A stretch of 64,000 bases of DNA from Vicinamibacteria bacterium (GCA_965199715.1 OZ241322.1:2240001-2304000), one strand, 5' to 3'; counted from the first letter of the stretch, positions 20,340 through 30,832 are shown. Made by a program: numbers and translations. The notes: generated by a model from the letters alone, not told the origin.

Positions 20340-21184
20340 GCGCCGAACCACAGCAGCGTGCGCCGGCGGCTGTACGCGGCGGCGAGCGCCATCACGCCCA
20401 TCGCTGCGACGAGCAGCAGCAGCGATGCGGCGGCCGCAGAGGGCCAGTCGAAGCTCAGCGTGAGCAGTTCCCGAATCTCCAGCACCCACGTGCGCGAGGT
20501 CGCGCCGCCGAGGAGCGCCGGGGTCGCGTAGGCCGACAGGGCGCCCACCAGCACGAAGCTGCCGCCGGCGGCGAGCCCCGGAAGCGTGAGCGGGAAGGTC
20601 ACCCGGAAGAACGCCGCCGCGGGCGAGGCGCCGAGGCCGCGCGCCGCCTCCAACAGGCGCGGCTCCACCCGGTCGAGGCTCGCGGCGAGCGCCAGCACCA
20701 TGAACGGGAGGAACGACTCGGTGAGCGCGAGCACCACCGCGGCCTCGGTGTACAGCAGCGAGCCGCGCTCGAACCCGAGCGTCTCGAGCGCCGCGCCGAG
20801 GAAGCCCTGGCGTCCGAGCAGCAGCACCCAGCCGTAGGCCCGCACCACGATGGACATGAGCAACGGCGAGACGACCAGCAGCGTCTGGATGCGCCGCGCC
20901 CGGCCGGTCGAGCGCGAGAGCAGCAGCGCCATCGGAAACCCGAGGACGAGCGTCGCCAGCGTCGTGAGCCCGGCGAGCCGCGTCGTGCGCAGCATCACCG
21001 ACGGGAACGGCTCGGCGAGAAGGCCCGCGAAGGACGCGAGCGTCGGCCCGCCCTCGAGCGGCGCGAGGGGGCCCGGCGGCAGCAGCGAGAGATGCACGAG
21101 GACGCCGATCGGAACCGCCATCGCCAGCGTGATGGCGCCGAGCGCCGGGAGCAGCAGCGCCGCTCCGAGCCGTTGCGACAGCAC
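20336..21184 (-). CDS. ABC transporter permease (PotB-like)
   Basis: VVRAYGW and EAARGLGA motifs. Confidence 0.88.
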   Translation of the reverse strand: MLSQRLGAALLLPALGAITLAMAVPIGVLVHLSLLPPGPLAPLEGGPTLASFAGLLAEPFPSVMLRTTRLAGLTTLATLVLGFPMALLLSRSTGRARRIQTLLVVSPLLMSIVVRAYGWVLLLGRQGFLGAALETLGFERGSLLYTEAAVVLALTESFLPFMVLALAASLDRVEPRLLEAARGLGASPAAAFFRVTFPLTLPGLAAGGSFVLVGALSAYATPALLGGATSRTWVLEIRELLTLSFDWPSAAAASLLLLVAAMGVMALAAAYSRRRTLLWFGA

Positions 21185-21188
21185 CCGG

Positions 21189-22826
21189 TCAGGCGGTCGT
21201 GACCGCTCCCCGGCTGGCGGAGGACACGTTCTTCGCGTAGCGGGCGAGCGCCCCCGTCGCGAACGGGTTCGGCGGCTGGCGGGCCGTGCGCTCCCCCTGC
21301 ATCTCGATGTCCAGCGCCCGCGGTTCGAGGTCGATGGTGATCCGGTCGCCGTCCCGGACGAGCCCGATCGGGCCGCCGGCCGCCGCCTCGGGGCTGACGT
21401 GCCCCACCATGAACCCGTGGGTGGCGCCGCTGAAGCGCCCGTCGGTGATGAGCGCCACGCTGTCGCCGAGGCCGCGCCCGATCACCGCCGCGGTCACGCC
21501 GAGCATCTCGCGCATCCCGGGGCCGCCCTTCGGCCCCTCGTAGCGGATCACGATCACGTCGCCCGCGGCGATCCGCCCGCCCTGGACCGCCTCGAAGGCG
21601 TCCTCCTCCGAATCGAAGACTCGCGCCGGTCCGACGTGGCGGCCCCGGTCGTGTCCGGCGAGCTTCAGGATGGCGCCGTCGGGAGCGAGGCTGCCGCGCA
21701 GGAACGCGAGCCCGCCCCGGGCCTTCACCGGCCGCGCCGACGGCCGGATCACTTCCTGGCCCTCGGTCTCCTGCGCCGCGTCCGCGAGATCGAAGAGCGA
21801 CTCGCCGGTGACCGTGGGCGCGTCGGCGAGCGCGTCCAGCTCGCGCAGGCGCGCCGCGAGCAGGCGCATGCCCCCCGCCGCCTCCATCTCGGGGGCCGTG
21901 AACCGCCCTCCCGGCTTGAGGTCGGTCAGCACCGGCGTGCGGGCGCCGATCTCGTCGAGGTCGTCGAGCGTGATCGTCGTCCCCGCCTCGTGGGCGATGG
22001 CCAGCAGGTGAAGCGCGGCGTTCGTCGAGCCCGCCGTCGCCGAGACCGCGGTCCAGGCGTTCTTCACCGCGTCCCGGGTGAGGAACGTCCGGGCGGTCCG
22101 CCCCTCGCGCAGCAGGTCCATGACCCGGGCGCCGGCGGCGCGGGCGGCTCCGGCCTTGCGCGGCGAGAGCGCCGGAATCTCGTTGCCGGTCATCGGCGAG
22201 ATCCCGAGGAACGCTCCCGCGAGCGACATCGTGTTCGCGGTGAACTGCCCTCCGCAGGCGCCGGCGCCGGGGCAGGCGGCGGCCTCCAGCTCCTCCAGCT
22301 CGGCGGCGCTCATCTTCCCCGCGGCGTGGGCGCCGACCGCCTCGAACACGTCCTGGATGGTCACCCGACGGCCCCGATGGAGTCCGGGCGCGATGGAGCC
22401 GCCGTAGAACATGAGCGACGGGACGTCGAGGCGCGCCAGCGCCATCATCGTGCCGGGGATCGTCTTGTCGCAGCCGGAGATCGCCACCACCGCGTCGAGC
22501 AGGTGCCCCCGGGTGACCAGCTCGATCGAGTCGGCGACCACTTCGCGCGAGACGAGCGACGCCCGCATCCCCGACGACCCCATCGCGATCGCGTCCGAGA
22601 CCACGATCGTGTTGAACTCGAGCGGCGTGCCGCCGGCGGCCCGCACCCCGGCCTTGACCTCCTCGGCGAGTTCGCGCAGGTGGCTGTTGCAGGGAGTGAT
22701 CTCGGTCCAGGTGTTGGCGATGCCGACGAGCGGCTTCCGGATCGCCTCGGCCGAGAGCCCGGTGGCGCGGAGCATCGCCCGCGCCGGGGCGCGGCTCGGG
22801 CCGGTCTTGACTTCATCGCTGCGCAT
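21189..22826 (-). CDS. ilvD: Dihydroxy-acid dehydratase
   Basis: PCN, SLVSRE, GCDKT, GACGGQFTANT, GPKGGPGMREM and TDGRFSG motifs. Confidence 0.95.
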   Translation of the reverse strand: MRSDEVKTGPSRAPARAMLRATGLSAEAIRKPLVGIANTWTEITPCNSHLRELAEEVKAGVRAAGGTPLEFNTIVVSDAIAMGSSGMRASLVSREVVADSIELVTRGHLLDAVVAISGCDKTIPGTMMALARLDVPSLMFYGGSIAPGLHRGRRVTIQDVFEAVGAHAAGKMSAAELEELEAAACPGAGACGGQFTANTMSLAGAFLGISPMTGNEIPALSPRKAGAARAAGARVMDLLREGRTARTFLTRDAVKNAWTAVSATAGSTNAALHLLAIAHEAGTTITLDDLDEIGARTPVLTDLKPGGRFTAPEMEAAGGMRLLAARLRELDALADAPTVTGESLFDLADAAQETEGQEVIRPSARPVKARGGLAFLRGSLAPDGAILKLAGHDRGRHVGPARVFDSEEDAFEAVQGGRIAAGDVIVIRYEGPKGGPGMREMLGVTAAVIGRGLGDSVALITDGRFSGATHGFMVGHVSPEAAAGGPIGLVRDGDRITIDLEPRALDIEMQGERTARQPPNPFATGALARYAKNVSSASRGAVTTA

Positions 22827-23874
22827 GGGGTTCCTCGGAGGTTTCCACCTGGACGCCGCTGCGGAGGTACAGGTTGCGGATCGGGTACGGGATTTCGATG
22901 CCCTCCGCCTCGAAGCGCCGGTGGAGCGCCTTCACGAACACGTTCGTGACCTCGAAGCGCTTCAGCGGGCGCACCGCCATGAGGATCGCGTCGAAGGTGA
23001 TCGCGGAGTCGCCGAACTCGCGCCAGCGGAGTTCGCCCTCCCAGTCGGAGAACGCGCCGGGCGTCTCGCGCTGCATCTTCCGGATCACCTCCAGCGTGAC
23101 CTGCTCGACGCGCTCGAGGTCGCTGTCGTAGTGGACGCCCACCGCGACGGCGATCCGCAGCGTCAGTTCGGGGGCGTGCAGGTTCGTGAAGACCGCGTCG
23201 GCGAGTTGCGAGTTCGGGATCACGACGGTGTTGTCCAGAAGCGACTTGAGCGTCGTCGTCCGCCAGCCGATGTCGGTGACGGTGCCCTCGACCCCGACGC
23301 TCGGAACGCCGATGAAGTCGCCGACCTTGAACTGGTTGGCGGCGACCATCTGGATGCCGGCGAAGATGTTGCTGAGCGTGGGCTGGAGCGCGAGCGCCAG
23401 CGCGATGCCGCCGACGCCGAGCGTCGCGAGGATCGGTCCCACCGAGACGCCGAACTCGTTCAGGATGACGAGCAGCCCCACGACGCCGGCGATGACCCGC
23501 ACCGTGTTCCGAAGGATCGAGACCCCGCTCGTGCCGAGGCGGGTGTTGTAGAGCCGGACGCCGAACAGCGCCGCGTCGGTGGCCAGCCGGATCAGCACCA
23601 GGATGAGGCCGATCTGGAGGCCGATCGTGATGAGCGGTTCGACGTGCGGCGGCGGGGGGCGGAACCGCATCACCGTTGCGACCGCGCCGAAGGCGAACAG
23701 CAGCGGCAGCCCGAAGTGGAAGAGATGGGCGGCGGCCCAGTCGTCCCAGCCGGTGTCGGTGGCGCGGGCGCGTTCGGCGAAGCGTTTGCGGAGGCGGCGC
23801 TCGATCAGGAAGCCGAAGAGCGCGGCGACCGCCACGGCGGCCGCGTACACCGCGATTTCGCGGAGGACTTCCAT
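22813..23874 (-). CDS. mscS: Small-conductance mechanosensitive channel family protein
   Basis: LGVGGIALALALQPTLSNIFAG, GTVTDIGWRTT, IPNS and GIEIPYP motifs. Confidence 0.88.
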   Translation of the reverse strand: MEVLREIAVYAAAVAVAALFGFLIERRLRKRFAERARATDTGWDDWAAAHLFHFGLPLLFAFGAVATVMRFRPPPPHVEPLITIGLQIGLILVLIRLATDAALFGVRLYNTRLGTSGVSILRNTVRVIAGVVGLLVILNEFGVSVGPILATLGVGGIALALALQPTLSNIFAGIQMVAANQFKVGDFIGVPSVGVEGTVTDIGWRTTTLKSLLDNTVVIPNSQLADAVFTNLHAPELTLRIAVAVGVHYDSDLERVEQVTLEVIRKMQRETPGAFSDWEGELRWREFGDSAITFDAILMAVRPLKRFEVTNVFVKALHRRFEAEGIEIPYPIRNLYLRSGVQVETSEEPHAQR

Positions 23875-23894
23875 TAGCCTCAGGGGGTCGCGAA

Positions 23895-24809
23895 ATGGTT
23901 CATGTGCTGGTGTTCGGGGCCGGGGCCACGGGTAGCGTATTCGCGGCGAGGCTCGCCGGAGCGCATTCCGTGCGCGTCGTGGCGCGGGGCGAGCGCCTCC
24001 GGGCCATCCGGCGCGACGGGCTGCGGGTGCGGGGCGCGACCGAGGCGACCGTGCGGATTCCGGCGTCGTCCGAAGTCGAGGGACCCGAGCCGGACTTCGC
24101 GCTGGTCACGGTCAAGTCGGGGGACACCGGCGCGGCGGCCCGGGCGCTCGCCGGGTTCCGCCGCACGACGCTGGTCTCGCTCCAGAACGGCCTCGGCAAC
24201 GAGGAGACGCTCGCCGCTACCGGGCTTCCGGTGGTCGGCGCGGTCTCGAACAACGGCGCCACGCTGGAAGCGTCCGGACGAGTGTTTCACGCCGGGTTCG
24301 GGCCGGTCCTGCTCGGGCGCTTCCAGGGCGACGGGCGCCTCGACCGGCTGCGCTCCTGCCTGCGGGATGCCGGGTTCCCGGCGCAAGTCGTCCCCGACAT
24401 CCGGATTCCGCTGTGGGAGAAGGCCATCCTGAACGCGGCCGCGAACCCGCTCACCGCGCTCCTCGGGCTGCGCACCGGGCGCCTATTGGAGGATCCGGGG
24501 GTCAGGGAGATCGCGCGGCGGATCGTCGCGGAGGCCACGCGCGTCGCGCGGGAGGAAGGAGTCCGCGCGGGAGCCGTCTGGGAGACGCTCGAGGCGGTCG
24601 TCCGGGCCACCGCGGGGAACCGGTCCAGCATGCTTCAGGACCTGGAGCGCGGCCGGCGCACCGAGATCGAGGCCATCAACGGCGAGATCGTCGCCCGGGC
24701 GAATTTCCCGGTCCCGTGGAACCGGCTGATGCTGCGGCTGGTCCGGGCTCAGCCGGTCGCGACCGGCCGGTCCGCGTCGGCGATCCACTCGGACCACGAT
24801 CCGACGTAG
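23895..24809 (+). CDS. panE: 2-dehydropantoate 2-reductase
   Basis: GAGATG, TVKS, LQNGLG, WEKAILNAAANPL, SSMLQD and TEIEAING motifs. Confidence 0.9.
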   Translation: MVHVLVFGAGATGSVFAARLAGAHSVRVVARGERLRAIRRDGLRVRGATEATVRIPASSEVEGPEPDFALVTVKSGDTGAAARALAGFRRTTLVSLQNGLGNEETLAATGLPVVGAVSNNGATLEASGRVFHAGFGPVLLGRFQGDGRLDRLRSCLRDAGFPAQVVPDIRIPLWEKAILNAAANPLTALLGLRTGRLLEDPGVREIARRIVAEATRVAREEGVRAGAVWETLEAVVRATAGNRSSMLQDLERGRRTEIEAINGEIVARANFPVPWNRLMLRLVRAQPVATGRSASAIHSDHDPT

Positions 24810-25561
24810 AGCGCGACTCCCGTGACGCCGGCGGCCTCGAGCGCCAGCGCGTCGTGCGCGGCGGTCACCCCGGAGCCGCAGTAGCAGACGACCGGCTCGC
24901 CCTTGCGGTCGGCCAGAAGCCGGTCGAACGCCGCCCTCAGCGCCGCCGGATCGCGGAAGCGCCCGTCGCCGTCGAGGCTGTCCTTCCAGAAGTGGTTGCG
25001 GGCGCCGGGAATCCGCCCGGCGACCGGATCGAGGGGCTCGACCTCGCCGCGGAAGCGCGCCGGCTCCCGAGCGTCGACGAGGAGGGTCCCGCCGAGCGCG
25101 TCCGCTTCCCGGAGCATGGCGGGGCGGGGCCGGGGCTCGAAGCGGGCGGGCGGACGGCGCTCCTCGCCGGGCCGCAGCGCGCCCGGCCACGCGGCGAGGC
25201 CGCCGTCGAGGACCGCGACCCGGTCGTGGCCGAGGTAGCGGAGCATCCACCAGAGGCGGGCGGCGTACATGCCGCTCGCGCTGTCGTAGGCGACGACGGT
25301 CTTCCCGGAGTCGATTCCGAGCCGGCCGAAGGTCTCGGCCATGCGCTCGACCGGCGGCAGCGGATGGCGCCCGTTCGTTCCGGTGCGCTGGCCGGCGAGG
25401 TCCCGGTCGAGGTCGGCGAAGACCGCGCCCGAAACGTGTCCCTCGAGGTAGCGGGCGCGGCCCCAGGCCGGCTCGGGGAGGTGGAAGCGGGCGTCCACGA
25501 CCACGACGTCGGGATCGGCGAGACGGGCGTCCAGCCACGCGCCGGAGACGAGCGGATGCAT
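24749..25561 (-). CDS. sseA: Tandem-rhodanese sulfurtransferase (SseA-like)
   Basis: GRHPLP, ARLWWML, VLDGG, active site YCGSGVTA, YVGSWSEW. Confidence 0.85.
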   Translation of the reverse strand: MHPLVSGAWLDARLADPDVVVVDARFHLPEPAWGRARYLEGHVSGAVFADLDRDLAGQRTGTNGRHPLPPVERMAETFGRLGIDSGKTVVAYDSASGMYAARLWWMLRYLGHDRVAVLDGGLAAWPGALRPGEERRPPARFEPRPRPAMLREADALGGTLLVDAREPARFRGEVEPLDPVAGRIPGARNHFWKDSLDGDGRFRDPAALRAAFDRLLADRKGEPVVCYCGSGVTAAHDALALEAAGVTGVALYVGSWSEWIADADRPVATG

Positions 25562-25562
25562 G

Positions 25563-27200
25563 TCAGCGGCGGAACGTGGCCTCGCCCGCGGCCCAGGTCG
25601 AGTGGACCTCGAGGTCCAGGAGCGTCCGGTCCGGCGGATCGGGGACCGGTCCGTCGAGGATCACGAAGTCGGCCCACTTGCCGACCGCGATCGAGCCGAT
25701 TTCATCTCCCTGGCCGGCGGCGTCCGCCGGGGCCTGGGTGAAGGCGGCGAGCGCCGTGTCCCAGCTCACCTTCTGGTGGGGGTGCCAGCCGCCTTCGGGG
25801 CCGCCGCCCGGCTTCTCGCGCACCGTCGCGGCGTAGAGCTGGCGCAGCGGGTCGAGCGGGGCGGTGGGCCAGTCGCTGCCGAAGACGAGCTCCGCTCCCG
25901 CGTCCCGCGCCGCGCCCCACGCGAACGCCCACGCCGCCCGGTCCGGCCCGAGGCGGTCCGTGTTGTACACGTCGATCCCGGTGATGCAGTGGTGCGGCTG
26001 GAACGAGGCCAGCACGCCCAGTGCGCCGAAGCGCGGCGCGTCCGCCGGGTCGAGCGACTCGACGTGCTCCACCCGGTCGGGGAGGAGGCCGGGCGCCGGA
26101 TCGCTTTCGAACGCGTCGAGCGAGCGCCGGACCGCGAGGTCGCCGATCGCGTGGATCGCGACCGGGAATCCGGCCTCGTGGAACTCGGCGACGGCGGCCT
26201 CCAGGTCGGGGGCCTCGGTGACCATGAAGCCGCTCGCGTCGGGATCGTCGGCGTAGGGCTCGATCAGCGCGGCGGTGCGGGCGGAGAGGACTCCGTCGGC
26301 CACGAGCTTCGCGTAGCCCAGCGCGAGCGTCGGCCCGCGCCCGGCCTCGATCGGGGCGAGTTCTTCGGCGATCCGGTCGCGCAGCGCGGCGGCTTCTTCG
26401 GATCGGCCGATCGCGCCGGTGGCCCCGAACCAGATCCGCAGCGGGAGCCGCCCGGCTTGCGCCATCTCGAGGTAGCGCTCGGCTCCGGCGAGGCCGGCCA
26501 TGTCGTGCGCCCCGGTCAGCCCGAGGCTCGCCGCGTTGCGCAGCGTCAGCTCCATGAGCTCGCGCTCGCTCGCCGCGTCGAGGGCCGGGACGCGCCGCCC
26601 GACCAGCCCGCCGGCCGCCTCGAGAAGGATTCCGGTCGGTTCGCCGGCGGCGTCCCGGACGATGTGTCCGCCCGGGGGATCGGGCGTGTCCCGCGTGATC
26701 CCGGCGATCTCCAGCGCGAGGCTGCTCGCCCAGGCGGTGTGCCCGTCGATGTCGGCGAGGACGACCGGGTTCTCCGGCGCGGCCCGGTCGAGAATGTCGC
26801 GGGCGGGAAACTCGCCGCCGGAGAGCGTGTGGTCCCAGCGCCCGCCGACGATCCATTCGCCCGGCGCGAGTTCCGCGGCGCGGGCGCGGATCCGGCGTTC
26901 CCACTCGGCGCGGTCGGCGATCCCGGTGAGGTCCACGCCCCGGACGAGGCTGATCCCGCCGCGCAGGTGCGTGTGGCCGTCGATCAGTCCCGGCAGCACC
27001 GCCTCGCCGTCGAGCTCGATCACCTCGGTGGCGTCGCCGATCAGCGGCTCGACGTCCGCCGCCGAGCCGATCCGCGCGAAGCGCCCGTCGCGGACGGCGA
27101 ACGCCTCGGCTCCGCCATGCACCGATCCTCCCCGCACGACGAGGTCCGCCGGCGGCGGCCCGCACCCGGCGAGCGCGGCGACGAGCAGGAGGCGCTTCAT
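25563..27200 (-). CDS. YtcJ-like amidohydrolase (lipoprotein)
   Basis: PGLIDGHTH, KLVADG, HAIGD, RVEH and FGSDWP motifs. Confidence 0.85.
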   Translation of the reverse strand: MKRLLLVAALAGCGPPPADLVVRGGSVHGGAEAFAVRDGRFARIGSAADVEPLIGDATEVIELDGEAVLPGLIDGHTHLRGGISLVRGVDLTGIADRAEWERRIRARAAELAPGEWIVGGRWDHTLSGGEFPARDILDRAAPENPVVLADIDGHTAWASSLALEIAGITRDTPDPPGGHIVRDAAGEPTGILLEAAGGLVGRRVPALDAASERELMELTLRNAASLGLTGAHDMAGLAGAERYLEMAQAGRLPLRIWFGATGAIGRSEEAAALRDRIAEELAPIEAGRGPTLALGYAKLVADGVLSARTAALIEPYADDPDASGFMVTEAPDLEAAVAEFHEAGFPVAIHAIGDLAVRRSLDAFESDPAPGLLPDRVEHVESLDPADAPRFGALGVLASFQPHHCITGIDVYNTDRLGPDRAAWAFAWGAARDAGAELVFGSDWPTAPLDPLRQLYAATVREKPGGGPEGGWHPHQKVSWDTALAAFTQAPADAAGQGDEIGSIAVGKWADFVILDGPVPDPPDRTLLDLEVHSTWAAGEATFRR

Positions 27201-28252
27201 CGGCCCTCGCCCCTCGCGGCGAGCCGGGCGATCCGGTCGCAGAGTTCGGCGAAGGACATCCCGGCGACGGCGGCCGACTGCGGGAGCAGGCTCCGCGTGG
27301 TCATGCCGGGCAGCGTGTTGGCCTCGAGGACCATCGGCCGGCCCTCGGCGTCCATCCGGAAGTCCACCCGCGAGAAGTGCCGCAGCGCGAGCGCCCGGTG
27401 GCACATCACCGCGAGCTCCCGAAGCTCGCGCTCGAGCGACTCGGGAACGTCCGCCGGGAAGATCTCCTCGGCGAGGCCCGGCGTGTACTTGGCGTGGTAG
27501 TCGAAAAGACCCTCGCGCATGACGATCTCGCCGACGCCGAGCGCCTCCGGCTCGCCGCCCTCGGTCTCGAGCACGCCGACCGTGAACTCGCGGCCGGGAA
27601 GGAGCGCCTCGATGAGCACCACCGTGTCGTGGCGGCGCGCTTCGGCCACGGCGGCCCGCACGTCCTCGAACCCGGTCGCCTGGCGCAGGCCCACCGAGGA
27701 GCCGACCCGGGACGGCTTCACGATCACCGTCTCGCCGAGCGCCGCGATTTCGGCCCGCCGGTCCTCGGGCCGCTGCCGGTGCAGCCGCTCGAAGGGCGCC
27801 GTCGGAATCCCCGCGCCCCGCAGCACGTGCTTGGCGGCGGCCTTCTCCATGGCGAGCGAGCTTCCGAGCACGCCGCTGCCGGTGTAGCGGACGCCGCTGA
27901 GCTCCAGCACCGCCTGCACCCGGCCGCCCTCGCCGTCGAGGCCGTGGAGCACGAGGAACGCCGCGTCGGCCTCGTGCATTTCGCCGAGCCGCAGCAGCCC
28001 CGGAACGTCCTCGCGTTCGCGGAGTTCGGCCAGCTCCTCGTCCGAGGGGGGCTCGCGGGCCACGCGCTGCGCGAGCCGGGCGCCCTCCTGTTCCGGATCC
28101 AGCGGGCCGCGCACCGTGTCCACCGCGACCACGTCGTGCCCGGAGAGGCGCAGCGCCCGCACCACCTCGCCGGCGCCCGCGAGCGCCACGTCGCGCTCCG
28201 GCGTGGACCCCCCGGTGAGAACCGTGATCTTCAGGGGCGGCGCGGAGATCAT
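27197..28252 (-). CDS. ddl: D-alanine--D-alanine ligase
   Basis: GGSTPERDVA, LHGLDGEGG, KP..GSSVG, GREFTV, FDYHAKY, RVDF and EANTLPGMT motifs. Confidence 0.92.
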   Translation of the reverse strand: MISAPPLKITVLTGGSTPERDVALAGAGEVVRALRLSGHDVVAVDTVRGPLDPEQEGARLAQRVAREPPSDEELAELREREDVPGLLRLGEMHEADAAFLVLHGLDGEGGRVQAVLELSGVRYTGSGVLGSSLAMEKAAAKHVLRGAGIPTAPFERLHRQRPEDRRAEIAALGETVIVKPSRVGSSVGLRQATGFEDVRAAVAEARRHDTVVLIEALLPGREFTVGVLETEGGEPEALGVGEIVMREGLFDYHAKYTPGLAEEIFPADVPESLERELRELAVMCHRALALRHFSRVDFRMDAEGRPMVLEANTLPGMTTRSLLPQSAAVAGMSFAELCDRIARLAARGEGR

Positions 28253-29679
28253 TGAGTCAGGGCGATTCGCGCGCTTGAGCCTACCGACTTCGCCGGGGCG
28301 AGCTGCGCCGAGGCGAGGAGGACGACCGATCCGACCGCCATGCCGACGAGCGCCGGGGGGACCACGAGACCGCGTCCCTCGAGCAGGAGGTGCGACGAGA
28401 GCCCGGCGGCCATGGCGAGCGCCGCGCCCCGCGCCGGGACTTCGGGCAGCATCAGGCCGAGCGTGAGGACCGGCCCGAGCCCCGAGGCGAACGCGCCGAA
28501 GGCGAGCGTCCCGAGGAACGCGATGAGCGCGCCGCCGCCGAGGTGGGCCGCGGCGATCCCGAGCGCGACGAGCCCCACGGCGAGGCACGCCGCCCGCGCC
28601 GCGAGCAGGCCGGAGAACCCCCCGCCCCCGAACGCCCGCGGCAGGTCCCGGACGAGCGCGGCGGCGGCGAGGTTCATGAACGTGTCGGCGGTCGAGAGGA
28701 TGGCCGCGAGCACGGCCGCGGCGACGAGGCCGACGAGCGCCGGCGGGGCCTCGAGGATGCGCAGCACGAGGAACGAGGCCTCGTCCGGGTGCCCCAGCGC
28801 GTGGAGCCGGCCTTCGGCGGCGAGGACCATGGCTCCGAGGCCGAGCCCGATCCAGACCAGCAGGCTGAGCGCGTGCGCCCCGCCGAGAACCATGGGCAGG
28901 AACCGGAGCGCGTCGGGGTTCCGGAGCATGAGGAACTTGTGCAGCGAGTGCGGCTGCCCGAACACGCCGATCGAGAACAGCAGCATCATCCCGAACGCGG
29001 TCCCCGGGCTCCAGACGCCCACCGGGTCCAGCCGCTCGGGCGCAAGGCGAGCGAGCGCGTCCAGCGCCTCGCCGGGCCCGCCGAGCCGGCCGAGCACGAA
29101 CGCGAACGCGGCGACCGCGCCTATGGCCATCAGGATTCCCTGGAACACGTCGGTGTCCACCGACGCGATCATCCCGCCGAGCAGCGAATAGGCCAGTAGC
29201 AGCGAGAGGCCCAGCGCGAGGCTGGCCCCGGTCCCGAGGTCGGGAAAGGCGAAGCGCAGCGCGACCGAGAGCGCCGCGATCTGGAGGCCGAGGTAGAGGA
29301 CGCTCCCGAGCAGGATCGCGACCGCGGCGAAGCCGCCCGGAAGCCGGCTGTCGAAGCGGAACCGGAGCGCCTCGGGGATCGTGAAGGCGCCGCTCGCCTC
29401 GGCGATGAGGGCCAGCCGCCGGCCCACCGTCCGGCAGACGAGCGCGGCGGTGAACCCGATCGGGACCACGAGGAAGAGCGCGCCGGCGCCGACCTCGTGC
29501 ATCAGCCCGGCGCCGCCGACGAAGACGAACCCGCTGAACGAGGACGCGGCGGCGCCGAGCCCGGCGCGGAACGCCCCGAGCCGCCGCCCAGCGGCGAAGA
29601 AGTCGATCGCGCTGCGGGTCCGCCGGGCCGCCCAGGCCCCGATCGCGAGCGTGATCGCGAGCGTCAGGACCGGGATCAC
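28249..29679 (-). CDS. Sodium:solute symporter (PutP-like)
   Basis: DFFAAGR, SGFVFVG, YSLLGG...TDVFQG, GQPH and AAILSTAD motifs. Confidence 0.85.
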   Translation of the reverse strand: MIPVLTLAITLAIGAWAARRTRSAIDFFAAGRRLGAFRAGLGAAASSFSGFVFVGGAGLMHEVGAGALFLVVPIGFTAALVCRTVGRRLALIAEASGAFTIPEALRFRFDSRLPGGFAAVAILLGSVLYLGLQIAALSVALRFAFPDLGTGASLALGLSLLLAYSLLGGMIASVDTDVFQGILMAIGAVAAFAFVLGRLGGPGEALDALARLAPERLDPVGVWSPGTAFGMMLLFSIGVFGQPHSLHKFLMLRNPDALRFLPMVLGGAHALSLLVWIGLGLGAMVLAAEGRLHALGHPDEASFLVLRILEAPPALVGLVAAAVLAAILSTADTFMNLAAAALVRDLPRAFGGGGFSGLLAARAACLAVGLVALGIAAAHLGGGALIAFLGTLAFGAFASGLGPVLTLGLMLPEVPARGAALAMAAGLSSHLLLEGRGLVVPPALVGMAVGSVVLLASAQLAPAKSVGSSARIALTQ

Positions 29680-30035
29680 TCGCGGCCCTCCCGCAGCTTC
29701 TTCAGAACCTCCGGGTCCACCGGCTCGAAGGCGAGCGCGAACCCGGTCGCCGTGACGAGGAGCGGGACGGCGGAGACTCCCAGCAGCAGCCCGAGGAAGC
29801 CCGTTTCCGGCGAGAGCGCCGCGAAGAGGCCGCCCAGGAGGAGCGACGCGAAGAGCGCGGCGCCGAGAAGCCGGTCGCCCCTCCGGCGCGGCGTCCCGCT
29901 CGCCCACAGCGCGGCGACGAGGACCGCGAACAGGACCGCGTGGAGCGCCCCCGCGCCGGGCAGGAGCAGCGCCGCGAGCACCGCCGCGACCAGCGAGAGG
30001 GCGACGACGGCGGCGTGGTTACGATTCGGGCCCAT
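29676..30035 (-). CDS. Small membrane protein upstream of the symporter
   Basis: Several hydrophobic helices; GTGA overlap with the symporter. Start uncertain. Confidence 0.55.
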   Translation of the reverse strand: MGPNRNHAAVVALSLVAAVLAALLLPGAGALHAVLFAVLVAALWASGTPRRRGDRLLGAALFASLLLGGLFAALSPETGFLGLLLGVSAVPLLVTATGFALAFEPVDPEVLKKLREGRE

Positions 30036-30822
30036 GCGTTTTCTGCTCGCGTCGTCCGTCCTGCTCGTCGCCGGGTGCGACGCGCCCCGACTCGGTCCCG
30101 AGGCGGTGGCCGACTGGCGGATGGTCGATCTGAGCCACGGCTACGGAGACACTACGCTGTATTGGCCCACGGACACGCGCGGGTTCGAGCTCACCTCGCT
30201 CGCCGACGGCGTGACCCAGGCCGGCTTCTACTACGCGGCCGGGGAGTTCGCGAGCGCCGAGCACGGCGGAACCCACCTCGACGCGCCCTCGCACTTCGCC
30301 GAAGGCGGCGTGGACGCCGCCGAGGTCCCGCTCTCCCGGCTGATCGCGCCCGGAGTCGTGGTGGACGTGCGGGAAGGCGCCGCCGCCGACCCCGACTACC
30401 GGGTCGGTCCGGACGAGATCGCCGCGTGGGAAGCGGCGCACGGAACGATCGCGCCGGGGACGGCGGTGCTGTTCCGCACCGGCTGGGCCGAGCGCTGGCC
30501 CGAGGCCGGGCCGTACTTGGGCGACGACGCCCCGGGCGACGCGGGAAACCTGCATTTTCCGGGGATCCACGCTTCGGCGATGGAGCTTCTCGTCGAGCGG
30601 GACGTCGCGCTCGTGGGCGTGGACACGGCGAGCATCGACCACGGCCCCTCGGCGGACTTTCTCGCGCATCAGGTGGGCGCGGCCGCCGGGATCCCGAATC
30701 TGGAGAACGTGGCCGATCTCAGCGAAATCCCGCCGACCGGCTTCCTGCTGCTGGCGCTCCCGATGAAGATCGAGGGCGGGAGCGGCGCCCCGGTCCGGAT
30801 CGTCGCGCTCATTCCGGAGTAG
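30034..30822 (+). CDS. Cyclase / kynurenine-formamidase-family metallohydrolase (lipoprotein)
   Basis: VDLSH, EHGGTHLDAPSHF, GVDTASID, LENV and GSGAPVR motifs. Confidence 0.88.
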   Translation: MRFLLASSVLLVAGCDAPRLGPEAVADWRMVDLSHGYGDTTLYWPTDTRGFELTSLADGVTQAGFYYAAGEFASAEHGGTHLDAPSHFAEGGVDAAEVPLSRLIAPGVVVDVREGAAADPDYRVGPDEIAAWEAAHGTIAPGTAVLFRTGWAERWPEAGPYLGDDAPGDAGNLHFPGIHASAMELLVERDVALVGVDTASIDHGPSADFLAHQVGAAAGIPNLENVADLSEIPPTGFLLLALPMKIEGGSGAPVRIVALIPE

Positions 30823-30832
30823 CGCGGCTCCC

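Noticed and set aside
24749-25561. Rhodanese as part of the sulfur-modification system
   Set aside because: It is an ordinary SseA-like gene about 17 kb away in housekeeping context.
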